From Gemmatimonadota bacterium (lineage in GTDB: Bacteria; Gemmatimonadota; Gemmatimonadetes; Palauibacterales; KS3-K002), in assembly GCA_039586795.1 (NCBI GenBank), contig JBDHJS010000002.1, forward strand, positions 1-64,000: a stretch of DNA of 64,000 bases, in the 5' to 3' direction. Positions 9,915-19,278 of the stretch are shown here, one piece after another; the stretch's first letter is position 1; every line of letters begins with the position of its first letter. The notes beneath the pieces were generated by a model. That model was not told the origin of the DNA. It saw only the letters and a program-made list of their open reading frames with translations, and did not search any database. Made by a program: the position numbers and the translations under genes.

Positions 9915-11195
9915 TCACTTCACCTTACGCACCTTACGGCGCAGGAAGTCCATCATGATGTACTGACCCAGCGTAACGGTCGAAGTGAAGTACGCCTTCC
10001 CGCGGCACAGCGCCGTCACCTTCTTGACGAAGTCGACCAGCGCGTAGTCCTGAGCCAGCATGAAGGTATTGATCTGGATGCCCGCGCGACGGCAGAGGCT
10101 GACCTCACTGAACGTCTCCTTGAGGATTCGACGGTCCAGGCCCATGGGGTTCTTGTAGATCTGGCCGGGCGCTACCGTGATCGCCGACGGCTTGCCGTCG
10201 GTGATCATGATGATCTGCCGCATATCCTTCTTCTGCGCCATCAGGAGGCGACGGGCCAGCCGGAATCCCTCCGCCGTGTTCGTGTGATACGGCCCGACCT
10301 GCGCGCGAGCCAGCTCACCCAACGGGATCTCCTCCGCGCTATCGTGGAACAGCACCACCCGCAGAGTGTCGCCGGCGTACTGAGTGCGTATCAGATGCGC
10401 GAGGGCGAGGGCGACCTTCTTCGCCGGTGTGAAACGATCCTCGCCGTAGAGAATCATCGAGTGGGAGCAATCGAGCATCAGCACGGTCGCGCAGGACGAG
10501 CGGTACTCCGACTGGTGCACGTGCAGGTCATCGTAGTCGAGGTTGATCGGCACGCCCAACCCTTCCCGCTCGATCGCCTTCTTCAGCGTCGCCGGCACAT
10601 CGAGGTTTAGCGTGTCGCCGAACTCGTACTTCTTCGATGCCGCTTCCGCTTCCACGCCCGTCGACAGCTGCGTCGTTTCGTGCGCCCCGAAGCTTGATTT
10701 GCCGATCGAACCGAGCAGGTCCTTCAGCGTCTTGTAGCCGAGGAAGTCGAGACTCTTTTGCGTCAGGTTGAACTTGATCGAACGAGAAGCACCCTGCCCC
10801 AAGCTGCCCGGACCGGTGACCGGCTGCCCTTCCGACGGCATTTGAGGCGCCTGATCAGTCGTCAAGTAACCTTCCTCGATGAGCTTCTGGACGATGTCAT
10901 CTAACAGCTCGGCCAGCTGGCGAGCGCCTTCTTCGTCAGGTTCTTCCGCCAACGCCTGAAGCATCTCCGGCGTCACCTCGCCCATCTCGAGCAGCTTCTG
11001 GAGAATCGCCTCCTTCAACGACTCGAGGCTGTCCTGCCCTTCATCGTTCCCGAACTCACCCCAATACGGATGGTAGTACGGGCCACCGGCGAATCCGCTT
11101 TGCAGGAGGAAATCGGCAAGCTGGTCGAGCAGCCCCTGGAGGTTGAGCGACTCCAGGAGATGGCCGCTGTATTTCGTATAGTTCGTAAATCTCAT
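9915..11195 (-). CDS. VWA domain-containing protein (partner type of MoxR/chelatase-like AAA ATPases)
   Basis: MIDAS motif DCSHSM, TNT, ITDGKP. Confidence 0.88.
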   Translation of the reverse strand: MRFTNYTKYSGHLLESLNLQGLLDQLADFLLQSGFAGGPYYHPYWGEFGNDEGQDSLESLKEAILQKLLEMGEVTPEMLQALAEEPDEEGARQLAELLDDIVQKLIEEGYLTTDQAPQMPSEGQPVTGPGSLGQGASRSIKFNLTQKSLDFLGYKTLKDLLGSIGKSSFGAHETTQLSTGVEAEAASKKYEFGDTLNLDVPATLKKAIEREGLGVPINLDYDDLHVHQSEYRSSCATVLMLDCSHSMILYGEDRFTPAKKVALALAHLIRTQYAGDTLRVVLFHDSAEEIPLGELARAQVGPYHTNTAEGFRLARRLLMAQKKDMRQIIMITDGKPSAITVAPGQIYKNPMGLDRRILKETFSEVSLCRRAGIQINTFMLAQDYALVDFVKKVTALCRGKAYFTSTVTLGQYIMMDFLRRKVRKVK

Positions 11196-11289
11196 AGGCG
11201 CTTCGCACGAGTATTGTTGCTGGGCGTCTGCTCAAGTTAGCTTATCATAGCCGGGACAGCCAAATCGGACACCCGAGTTGGGGGACCTG

Positions 11290-11631
11290 ATGAAAAGTAG
11301 GATACAATCGTTCGCTCTCGTCTTTCTGACTACCGCGATCATCTTTTTCGCGCTGCAGAACCTTCACACCGTGCCCGTAGCCCTTCTCATCTGGGACTTC
11401 CAGGCAAGCGTTTCATTGCTGGTCTTGTTCCCGCTGCTCGCCGGCCTGCTCGTCGGCGGCGGCACCGCCATCTGGCTGGAGGCCGTCCGTCGCGCCAGAG
11501 CGCGCCGCGAGGCGAAGGAAGCCGTCGAGGAGCCCCCCAAGGAGATCGCAGACGACGTCGTGATCCCCCTGGAGGAACCGCCCGAAGCGACCACGGCGGA
11601 GATCAAGGACGAGGAGGAGATCGGCGCCTAG
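11290..11631 (+). CDS. LapA/DUF1049-like small membrane protein
   Basis: FALQN motif, two TM helices, acidic tail. Confidence 0.7.
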   Translation: MKSRIQSFALVFLTTAIIFFALQNLHTVPVALLIWDFQASVSLLVLFPLLAGLLVGGGTAIWLEAVRRARARREAKEAVEEPPKEIADDVVIPLEEPPEATTAEIKDEEEIGA

Positions 11632-12473
11632 TGAGCAGCGGCTCCCCATCCACCCGCACCCTCCGCTTCTCCAAGATGGAGGGCGCAGGTAACGACTTCA
11701 TACTGTTGAACGGCGCCGGGCTGGATGAGGTGCCCGACCTCGGAAAGGTCGCCGAGCTACTGTGCTCGCGACGCAGGTCGGTGGGCGCTGACGGTCTGAT
11801 ACTAGTTGAACCTCTGAAAGAGTGCGGCGCCGACGTCCGCGTGCGCTTCTGGAATCCCGATGGTGAAGAGGTCGGGACCTGCGGAAACGGGACTCGCTGC
11901 GCCGCCCGCTTCGCCACCGTCGAAGGTCTCGCCTCGAAAGAGATGGTGATCGATACGGACAGCGGCCACATCGCGGCGCAGGTGTCTGACCTGACTGTTT
12001 GCCTGCGTTATAGCGCGGAGCCCACCGTCGAGCTCGATGCGACCATCACCTCACCAGAAGGCAGACGTTCCGGGCACCGTGTGGAGATCGGCAACCCGCA
12101 CTTCATCATCACAATGGAGCACCTGCCGGACGGACCCATCGAGGCCGAGTGCCGGCCGTTGCGTTACGCTCCGGAACTCGAGCCCGCCGGGGCGAACGTT
12201 CACCTGGTTCAGGTAGTCGATCGGAACACCATCAAGATCCGCTCCTACGAGCGCGGCGTGGAAGCGGAGACCCTCGCCTGCGGTAGCGGATCGATGTCAT
12301 CTGCCGTTGCCCTCTGCGCCGCCGGTCACGTCGAATCGCCCGTCGCCGTCAAGACCCGCAGCGGCGATGTCCTGACCATCCGCTTCGAGCGCCGCGACGA
12401 CGGCGGGTTCACTCTCCTGGAGCTTGAAGGCCCCGCCCGAACCGTCTACACCGGCGAGCTGCCTCTCGACTAG
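11631..12473 (+). CDS. dapF: Diaminopimelate epimerase
   Basis: KMEGAGNDF, CGNGTRC, GNPH and ERGVEAETLACGSG motifs. Confidence 0.95.
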   Translation: MSSGSPSTRTLRFSKMEGAGNDFILLNGAGLDEVPDLGKVAELLCSRRRSVGADGLILVEPLKECGADVRVRFWNPDGEEVGTCGNGTRCAARFATVEGLASKEMVIDTDSGHIAAQVSDLTVCLRYSAEPTVELDATITSPEGRRSGHRVEIGNPHFIITMEHLPDGPIEAECRPLRYAPELEPAGANVHLVQVVDRNTIKIRSYERGVEAETLACGSGSMSSAVALCAAGHVESPVAVKTRSGDVLTIRFERRDDGGFTLLELEGPARTVYTGELPLD

Positions 12474-13565
12474 ATGAAGCCGCCCGGCCCGGATGTGATC
12501 CGCCGCCACCTGCTCGGCTGGTACGACCGCGCCCGCCGCGACCTCCCCTGGCGTCAGACCGACGACCCTTATAGCATCTGGGTCGCCGAGGTGATGCTGG
12601 TGCAAACGCAGGTCGACACCGTCATACCGTATTACGAGCGCTTCATCGCCCGCTTTCCCGATGTCCGTGCGCTTGCCACGGCCGACCTCGATCAGGTGTT
12701 GAAGCTGTGGGAGGGGCTGGGCTACTACGCACGCGCCCGGAACCTCCACAAGGCAGCACAAATCGTCGTCAACGAACATGGCGGCCGGCTCCCGTCGTCA
12801 GCCGAAGAGCTGCGAGCGCTACCGGGCGTCGGCCCGTACATGGCGGCCGCTATTGGCAGCATCGCGTTCGGCCAGTCGGCCCTGGCCCTCGATGGAAATG
12901 TCCGGAGGGTGCTGAGCCGACTGCACGACCTGCCGCAGCCGGCGCCTACCGCCCTCCTCGAACGCGGCGGCCCTCTGGTCGAGCAGCGGCCGGGCGACGT
13001 GAATCAGGCGATCATGGACCTCGGCTCGACGATCTGTAAGCCGCGGGCGGCGCGGTGCGAAGAGTGTCCGCTGGAGTCGCTTTGCCTGGCGCGGGCCCGG
13101 GGTACGGTCGACGAGCGGCCCGGACGACGACCGGCGAAGAAGCGCCCGCACTACGACATCGCGGTTGGAGTGATCTGGCGTGATGACGAGATCTTGATCG
13201 CGAAGCGGATGCCGGAGGGCTTGCTGGGCGGGCTGTGGGAGTTTCCCGGCGGCAAGCCCGAGCCGGGCGAGTCGCTAGAAGCCGCCGTAGTGAGGGAGGT
13301 CGCGGAGGAGCTGGACGTGGAAGTCGAGGCCCGGGAGAAGATCGCGGCGGTGGATCATGCCTACAGTCACTTCGAGATCACGCTGCACGCTTATCATTGT
13401 CGGTACCGCACGGGGACGCCGAAGCCGTTGGGTTGTCAGGAGTACGCGTGGGTGAAGGCGGGGGAGCTCGGAGACTATGCGTTTCCCGCGGCGAATCGCA
13501 GGGTGCTGGATGAGATTCGGGCTGCTGATTCAGGGATTCGGGGATTACGAGAGTCCGGGAGGTAA
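12474..13565 (+). CDS. mutY: A/G-specific adenine glycosylase with C-terminal Nudix domain
   Basis: WEGLGYYARARNL, HhH LPGVGPY, LDGNV, 4Fe-4S motif CKPRAARCEECPLESLC. Confidence 0.95.
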   Translation: MKPPGPDVIRRHLLGWYDRARRDLPWRQTDDPYSIWVAEVMLVQTQVDTVIPYYERFIARFPDVRALATADLDQVLKLWEGLGYYARARNLHKAAQIVVNEHGGRLPSSAEELRALPGVGPYMAAAIGSIAFGQSALALDGNVRRVLSRLHDLPQPAPTALLERGGPLVEQRPGDVNQAIMDLGSTICKPRAARCEECPLESLCLARARGTVDERPGRRPAKKRPHYDIAVGVIWRDDEILIAKRMPEGLLGGLWEFPGGKPEPGESLEAAVVREVAEELDVEVEAREKIAAVDHAYSHFEITLHAYHCRYRTGTPKPLGCQEYAWVKAGELGDYAFPAANRRVLDEIRAADSGIRGLRESGR

Positions 13566-13570
13566 TACGA

Positions 13571-14809
13571 ATGTCTAGATGGTCCAAGTCCGCTCGCCTT
13601 CCGTTCGTCGGAGTGATCGCGTGGATCGCGTTGGGGTGTACGGAGGCGCCGGAGGAAGCGGCTTGGCTGGTTCGCGACAGTGCTGACGTTCGGGTCGTTG
13701 AGAACCTGAGGCCGGCCTGGGAGGCGGGCCAGGCCTGGCGGGTCTTCGAGACGCCGGCCCTGGAGATCGGGGTCGAGGAGGGCGAAGAGCCGTACATGTT
13801 GTTCCGCGCCATGGATGCTCTGCGTCTTCCAGACGGCCGCATCGTCGTCAGCAACGCCGGGTCGGGCGAGCTGCGGTTTTTTGACCACGAAGGGGTCTTC
13901 CTATACAGCGCGGGTCGCCACGGGCAAGGGCCGGGGGAGTTCGGAGAGTTTTCCAGCATGAGATTATGGTCGGCGCCGCGGGACATTCTGGTGGTGACCG
14001 ACGGCGGCAACAACCGGGTGAACTTCTTCCGCACAACTGGGGAGCACGTTGGGTCCGCCCGCGTCGAGGCCGTCCCCGGTCGCAACCCTCCGTCTGTGAT
14101 CAGTGGCTTCGGCGACGGCACCTGGCTCGCCGTCGGCGGCAGTGGCCCCCTCACGGGCGCGACCGGTCAGATCATCCAGGGCGCTCGCGAGTATTTCCAC
14201 TACAACGCCAACGGAAGCCCTGCAGACAACTTGTTCGAGCTTCAACAAGCCCAGCGGTATGTCCATACGCTGGGAGACGTGACCCACTACCCATATATCC
14301 CTTTGACGGCTCAACCGTCCGTCGCGGCAGGAGTCTTGTGGATCTACGTGGGCAACGGTCATTCGAGCCGTATGGAGCGAAGACGCCTCGACGGAAACCT
14401 GAACTCCGTGATTCGATGGTCTGAGGGCGAACAGCGTCGAAGTCGGGACGTCTACGATCGATTCGTGGACGAGAGCCTGCAGTCGATTTCTTCTATGGAG
14501 CGACGGGAACTTTACCGGCACTACCTTGGGCTGGACCTGCCGCTCCCCGAGTTCATCCCGGCTTACCAAAACCTCATCGTCGATGACATCGGCAATGTCT
14601 GGGTGGAGGCCTACCGCCTGCCTTGGGAACGACAGCCAGTTTGGGAGGTGTTCGACCCCGACGGTCGCTGGCTGGGATCGATAGAAACGCCAACTTCGTT
14701 TCGACCATTGCAGATTGGCGGAGATTTTCTACTGGGGCGTCATCGGGATGAGTTGGGCGTCGAGCGGATTCGCCTCTACGAGTTAATCAAGCCACAGCCG
14801 GCAGGCTAG
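13571..14809 (+). CDS. Exported 6-bladed beta-propeller protein (probable lipoprotein)
   Basis: Lipobox ALGC; GRHGQGPGEF and VFDPDGRWLG repeats typical of this family. Confidence 0.7.
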   Translation: MSRWSKSARLPFVGVIAWIALGCTEAPEEAAWLVRDSADVRVVENLRPAWEAGQAWRVFETPALEIGVEEGEEPYMLFRAMDALRLPDGRIVVSNAGSGELRFFDHEGVFLYSAGRHGQGPGEFGEFSSMRLWSAPRDILVVTDGGNNRVNFFRTTGEHVGSARVEAVPGRNPPSVISGFGDGTWLAVGGSGPLTGATGQIIQGAREYFHYNANGSPADNLFELQQAQRYVHTLGDVTHYPYIPLTAQPSVAAGVLWIYVGNGHSSRMERRRLDGNLNSVIRWSEGEQRRSRDVYDRFVDESLQSISSMERRELYRHYLGLDLPLPEFIPAYQNLIVDDIGNVWVEAYRLPWERQPVWEVFDPDGRWLGSIETPTSFRPLQIGGDFLLGRHRDELGVERIRLYELIKPQPAG

Positions 14810-16746
14810 CCGATCTGCGACAACCGTTCCCGCAGTTCCTTCGCGCTTGCCAACCGCTCTTCCGGTTTCTTGGCCAGCAGTTCCAGGATGAGCGCCGACA
14901 ACGCGTCCGGAATGTCCGCGTTGATCTCCACCGGCGGCGACGGTTCGATGTTCAGCACCCTGCCAATCAGCGAGATCGTCGATTCGGCTTCGAAGGGCAG
15001 CTTCCCGGTCAGACACTCGTAGAGCAGGACACCGGCGGAATACAGGTCGCTGCTCGCCTCGGTGCTTTCTGAGAGCAGCTGCTCCGGCGACATGTAGGCC
15101 GGCGTCCCGACGATGAGCCCGGCCTCCGTGAGCGACGTCGTTCGCTCCGCCAGTCGCGCGACGCCGAAGTCCATCACCTTGAGCACACCGTCCGCGTCGA
15201 GCAACAAGTTCTGCGGTTTGATGTCGCGGTGGATAACGCCCTGCTCGTGGGCGACCTCCATGGATTCGGCGAGCTGGCTGCCAATGGCTAGAGTGGAGGA
15301 GACGCCGAGCTGCCCACGCGAATCGATCAACTCGCGGACCGTGATCCCCTCGACGTACTCCATCGTCAGGTAGTAAACGCCGGAACTCTCGCCGAAGTCG
15401 TGGGTGCGGACCACGTTCCGGTGCGAGATCTTGCGGGCCAACCGGATCTCCGTCTTGAAGCGATCGACCAGAGCCGCGTCGCTAACCATCTCCGGTCGCA
15501 GCGTCTTGATCGCGATCTCTTCATCCAGCTCCAGATCCCGGGCTCGATAGACCATCCCCATACCGCCGCCGCCGATCGCATCGATGACCTCGTATCGGTC
15601 GGCGAAGCGTTCGCCCGGCGACAGGCTCGCGAAATCCACCCCGGGCTCCTCTGCCGATCGCGACGCTCCACGTGCCGCCTCGATCTCGGACCGCAGGTCA
15701 CTCACCTGGTCCCGGAGTCGCCTCTCACGCGCCTCAACCTCCACGATCATTCCGTCGAATACCCGCGCTAGCTTGCCAAGCTCATCACCCCGGGCACTCA
15801 CATCGGCCAGCGAGCCCGGCTGGTACTTCCGAGCCTCCACAGCGCTCGCCGCTTCGGTAACGCGGCTTACCTGCCTCAGGTACTCGATCTCGTGGTCACG
15901 GAGCCGCTTCTTCTCCAGCGACGCATTGATCCGGGCTCGCAAGAGTACGGGATCGAACGGTTTCGGCAGGTAGTCTTCGGCACCCGCCTCAATACAACGC
16001 ACCACGCTCTCCATGTCGTCCAGCGCCGAGATCATGATCACCGGGATATCCCGGGTGGTCGGGTCATCTTTGAGTTGACCCAGGACTTCGTAGCCATCGA
16101 TCTCGGGCATCATGACATCGAGGAGCACCAGATCGAACGATCGTTCTCTTATCGTTCTAAGAGCGCTCTGCCCGTTCTCCGCGCACTCCACCACATGACC
16201 CTCGCGCTCGAGGCGCCGGCTCAACAGGTCACGGTTGGCTTCCACATCGTCCACGACCAGTACTCGGGCGGGCCCCGACTCGGAGTCGTCCCCGGTATCT
16301 TCGGTAACAGTCTTGTCAGCTTCCTCAGAACCGGCTTCCGCCCCACCGCCTTCGCCCGGCACCAGCTTCTCGGCCGCCGTGAGGATCCGCCTCAGGTCCC
16401 CGACCAGTTCTTCCTCGCTGGCCGCCGTGCTGGCCAACAGGGGCGCGACGGCGTTCACGATCTTCTTCTGCGGCTCACGCAGCTCCTCGTAGAGCTCCGA
16501 GAGCTCGCCGGAAGCGATCCGGGCGTCGGCGGAGCCTGTTGCCAGTCTCGCGTTGATCAGATTGAGGGCGCCGCGGGCCACGACCAGCGTTTCTTCGAGC
16601 GCTACGCGTCGGTCGGCGTGATCGCTATCCGGAATGTCTTCCAAGAGCATCTCGGCATACCCGACGATGTGATTGATCGGCGTACGCAAGTCGTGCCGCA
16701 GTTCTGCGATCTGTTCCGGTGTGAGCTTCGGTGAGTTCAAGGTCAC
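14806..16746 (-). CDS. Fusion of HisKA(DHp), receiver, HAMP-like linker and Hanks-type Ser/Thr protein kinase
   Basis: H-box RHDLRTPINHIVGY with no HATPase; REC VVDD..LLDVMMP..ISA..KPF; DELGKLARVFDGM; kinase GGGGMGMVY, AIK, HRDIKPQN, DFG, GTPAYMSPE. Confidence 0.92.
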   Translation of the reverse strand: MTLNSPKLTPEQIAELRHDLRTPINHIVGYAEMLLEDIPDSDHADRRVALEETLVVARGALNLINARLATGSADARIASGELSELYEELREPQKKIVNAVAPLLASTAASEEELVGDLRRILTAAEKLVPGEGGGAEAGSEEADKTVTEDTGDDSESGPARVLVVDDVEANRDLLSRRLEREGHVVECAENGQSALRTIRERSFDLVLLDVMMPEIDGYEVLGQLKDDPTTRDIPVIMISALDDMESVVRCIEAGAEDYLPKPFDPVLLRARINASLEKKRLRDHEIEYLRQVSRVTEAASAVEARKYQPGSLADVSARGDELGKLARVFDGMIVEVEARERRLRDQVSDLRSEIEAARGASRSAEEPGVDFASLSPGERFADRYEVIDAIGGGGMGMVYRARDLELDEEIAIKTLRPEMVSDAALVDRFKTEIRLARKISHRNVVRTHDFGESSGVYYLTMEYVEGITVRELIDSRGQLGVSSTLAIGSQLAESMEVAHEQGVIHRDIKPQNLLLDADGVLKVMDFGVARLAERTTSLTEAGLIVGTPAYMSPEQLLSESTEASSDLYSAGVLLYECLTGKLPFEAESTISLIGRVLNIEPSPPVEINADIPDALSALILELLAKKPEERLASAKELRERLSQIG

Positions 16747-17108
16747 TTACTCAGCAAGGTTTCCATCTTGGACAACAACCGATCCAGCTCGATCGGCTTC
16801 GTGTCGTAGTCATCGCAGCCCGCTTCGAGGGCCTTTTCGCGGTCACCCGCCATGGCATGAGCCGTGAGGGCTATGATCGGCACGCTCTCGGTCTCCGGCG
16901 CTGCCCGGAGCTGGCGCGTGGCCTCCCAACCATCGACTTCCGGAAGACTCATGTCCATCAGAATGAGGTCGTACTCACCCGTACGAGCCATCTCTATGCC
17001 CTCGCGCCCATCGACCGCCATCGCCACCTCATAGCCCTTCCGCACGAGCCGCCTCGAGAGCATATCCCGGTTCATCTCGTTGTCCTCGACCAGGAGAATC
17101 TTCGACAT
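16743..17108 (-). CDS. Single-domain response regulator (DivK/CheY-like)
   Basis: LVEDN, LMDMSLP, LTAHA and TKP receiver motifs; 121 aa. Confidence 0.95.
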   Translation of the reverse strand: MSKILLVEDNEMNRDMLSRRLVRKGYEVAMAVDGREGIEMARTGEYDLILMDMSLPEVDGWEATRQLRAAPETESVPIIALTAHAMAGDREKALEAGCDDYDTKPIELDRLLSKMETLLSK

Positions 17109-17133
17109 TGATCCAACAGCCTCCTTCGGGTTC

Positions 17134-19278
17134 TTAGTCGCCGGCGGGCTGTGCGCTGAGTTTCACGACGGCCGGTAGCCGGATCGCAAAGTTAGACCCC
17201 ACACCCACATCGCTCTGTACCTGAACATCACCGCCCATCATGTGACAGAACCGGCGCGTGATGGCCAATCCCAAGCCCGTCCCTCCGTACTTGCTCGTCG
17301 TCGCCGCCTCGGCTTGCGAGAAGGCTTCGAACACTCTGTTCATCTGGGCCGGCGTCATGCCGATACCGGTATCGGTCACATTGAACACGATCATCAGGCG
17401 CCCATCGTCCGCATCCTTGCGACGATCGACGTCCAGCGAGATCGTCCCGCCCTCGGTGAACTTCGACGCGTTCGACAGCAAGTTGAGCAACATCTGACGC
17501 ACTTTCGTCATGTCGGCGTACATGCTACCCAGGCCCTCGAAGCATTTCACTTCGAGTTGGTTATCATTCTTCGCTACCAACGGCGTGACCGTCGTTACCA
17601 CGTCATCGACCATCGCCCGGACATCGAAGCTCTCGAGGTGGAGTTCCATCTTCCCGGCCTCGATCTTCGACAGATCCAGAATGTCATTGATAAGCGACAG
17701 CAAGTGTCGACCCGCGGTGTTGATCTTCTCGAGATCGGTCGTGAACTCCCCGTGCCCCAGGTCAGTGACCTCTTCTTGCAGCATCTCACTGTAGCCGATG
17801 ATCGCGTTCAACGGCGTCCGCAGCTCGTGACTCATGCTGGCAAGGAACTGGCTCTTCGCGCTGTTGGCAGCCTCCGCCTCCCGGCGCGCTTGTAGCAGCT
17901 CCGTGATGTCGTGGTACAGCGCCAGAATACCTACCTGCTGCTTTTCGACAATGACCGGGACGCCGAGGATCTCGACGTCGACCAGAGTACCGTCTTTGCG
18001 ACGCCGGCGGCCTATCCCGTGAATCGGCCTGTCCAGTGCCTCCTTCGTATAGGCCACCGCCTCCGAGAGCGTCGCCTCCGTGGCGATCAGGTGGTCCAAC
18101 TTCTGTCCCACCACCTCGTCCTCCGTGTATCCGAACAGCTGTTCGAAGCCCGGATTGCAGGACACGATGTTCTCGGTGAGATCCAGCGTGACGATGGCGA
18201 CCGGGCTGTTGAGCACCAGTGCCTCGAAATACTGCCGCTGCCTCTGGGCCTCGGTGTAGAGGCCGGCGTTCTCAACCGCGATGGCGGCCTGCGGCGCGAA
18301 CATGTTCAGCAGGCGCAGGTCCTCGGGGCCGAACACCCGCTCCGGGTCGGAGTGGACCGTGGCGATGGCGCCCACCAGCCGTCGACCGATCAACAGCGGG
18401 GCCGCCATCACCGAGTGCACGAGGACGTCCGCGTACTGCACGGACTGCCCCAGCCATTCATGGTACGACGGGATGATCAGTGGCTCCCGCGTCTCCGCCA
18501 CCGCGCCCATCGCCCCCTCGCCCAACTTCAAGCGCGTGCCCGTCGAGTCCTTCCCGATGTTCTGACTGGCCACCACGACGAGCTCACGCGCGCCCTCCTC
18601 GTAGATCGCCACTTCACCGCCGGTTACTCCCAAGAGCGTCACCGCTCGCTCCAGCACGGCCTGCAGCACCTTGGAGAGCTCGAGCTCCGACGACAGGTCC
18701 GACATCGTGTCGAGCAACGCCTTGTGCTCATCGGCTCGCTGTCGCTCCTCGGCCAAAAGACGCGCACGTCCGATGGCGATGCTGGCCTGGTTCGCCGCCG
18801 CCGTTAGGATCTCGAAGTCGTCATCGCTGAACGCGTTCGGCTCGCTGCTCTCCACGACCAACACGCCGATCGTCGTCCCGTCGACGCGCAAAGGCACGTC
18901 GACCTCGGAGCCGCTGGCCAGGCTGGGCAAGTACTGCGACTCGCGCGTGACGTCCGCCGTGTAGTGGAGTTTCCCGTCCTGTAGCGCCCGCTCGCTCAGC
19001 CCCTCTCCGCGATGTACCCGCCAGTTGTCAGGAATGTCGGGCCAACCGATGCTGGCCTGCAGCACACGGTCGCCCGTATCCGGATCCAGCAGGAAGACGC
19101 CCAGGAAGTTGTACCCCAGTGCTTCGTCGTGGAGACCGGCCACGACCGACTGGTAGACTTCCGCCTCGTCGCTGGCGGAAGCGATCGCCGTGCTGAGCCG
19201 CAACAAAGCGGCCTGCCGGCGCGCCAGCCGGCGCTGGCGCGTGGGTCGGGCCGAGGTGGAGTTCCGCTGCGCTGTCAT
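17134..19278 (-). CDS. Soluble sensor histidine kinase: GAF-GAF-PAS-HisKA-HATPase
   Basis: [28 protein letters not shown]; two GAF and one PAS domain; no TM segment. Confidence 0.93.
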   Translation of the reverse strand: MTAQRNSTSARPTRQRRLARRQAALLRLSTAIASASDEAEVYQSVVAGLHDEALGYNFLGVFLLDPDTGDRVLQASIGWPDIPDNWRVHRGEGLSERALQDGKLHYTADVTRESQYLPSLASGSEVDVPLRVDGTTIGVLVVESSEPNAFSDDDFEILTAAANQASIAIGRARLLAEERQRADEHKALLDTMSDLSSELELSKVLQAVLERAVTLLGVTGGEVAIYEEGARELVVVASQNIGKDSTGTRLKLGEGAMGAVAETREPLIIPSYHEWLGQSVQYADVLVHSVMAAPLLIGRRLVGAIATVHSDPERVFGPEDLRLLNMFAPQAAIAVENAGLYTEAQRQRQYFEALVLNSPVAIVTLDLTENIVSCNPGFEQLFGYTEDEVVGQKLDHLIATEATLSEAVAYTKEALDRPIHGIGRRRRKDGTLVDVEILGVPVIVEKQQVGILALYHDITELLQARREAEAANSAKSQFLASMSHELRTPLNAIIGYSEMLQEEVTDLGHGEFTTDLEKINTAGRHLLSLINDILDLSKIEAGKMELHLESFDVRAMVDDVVTTVTPLVAKNDNQLEVKCFEGLGSMYADMTKVRQMLLNLLSNASKFTEGGTISLDVDRRKDADDGRLMIVFNVTDTGIGMTPAQMNRVFEAFSQAEAATTSKYGGTGLGLAITRRFCHMMGGDVQVQSDVGVGSNFAIRLPAVVKLSAQPAGD

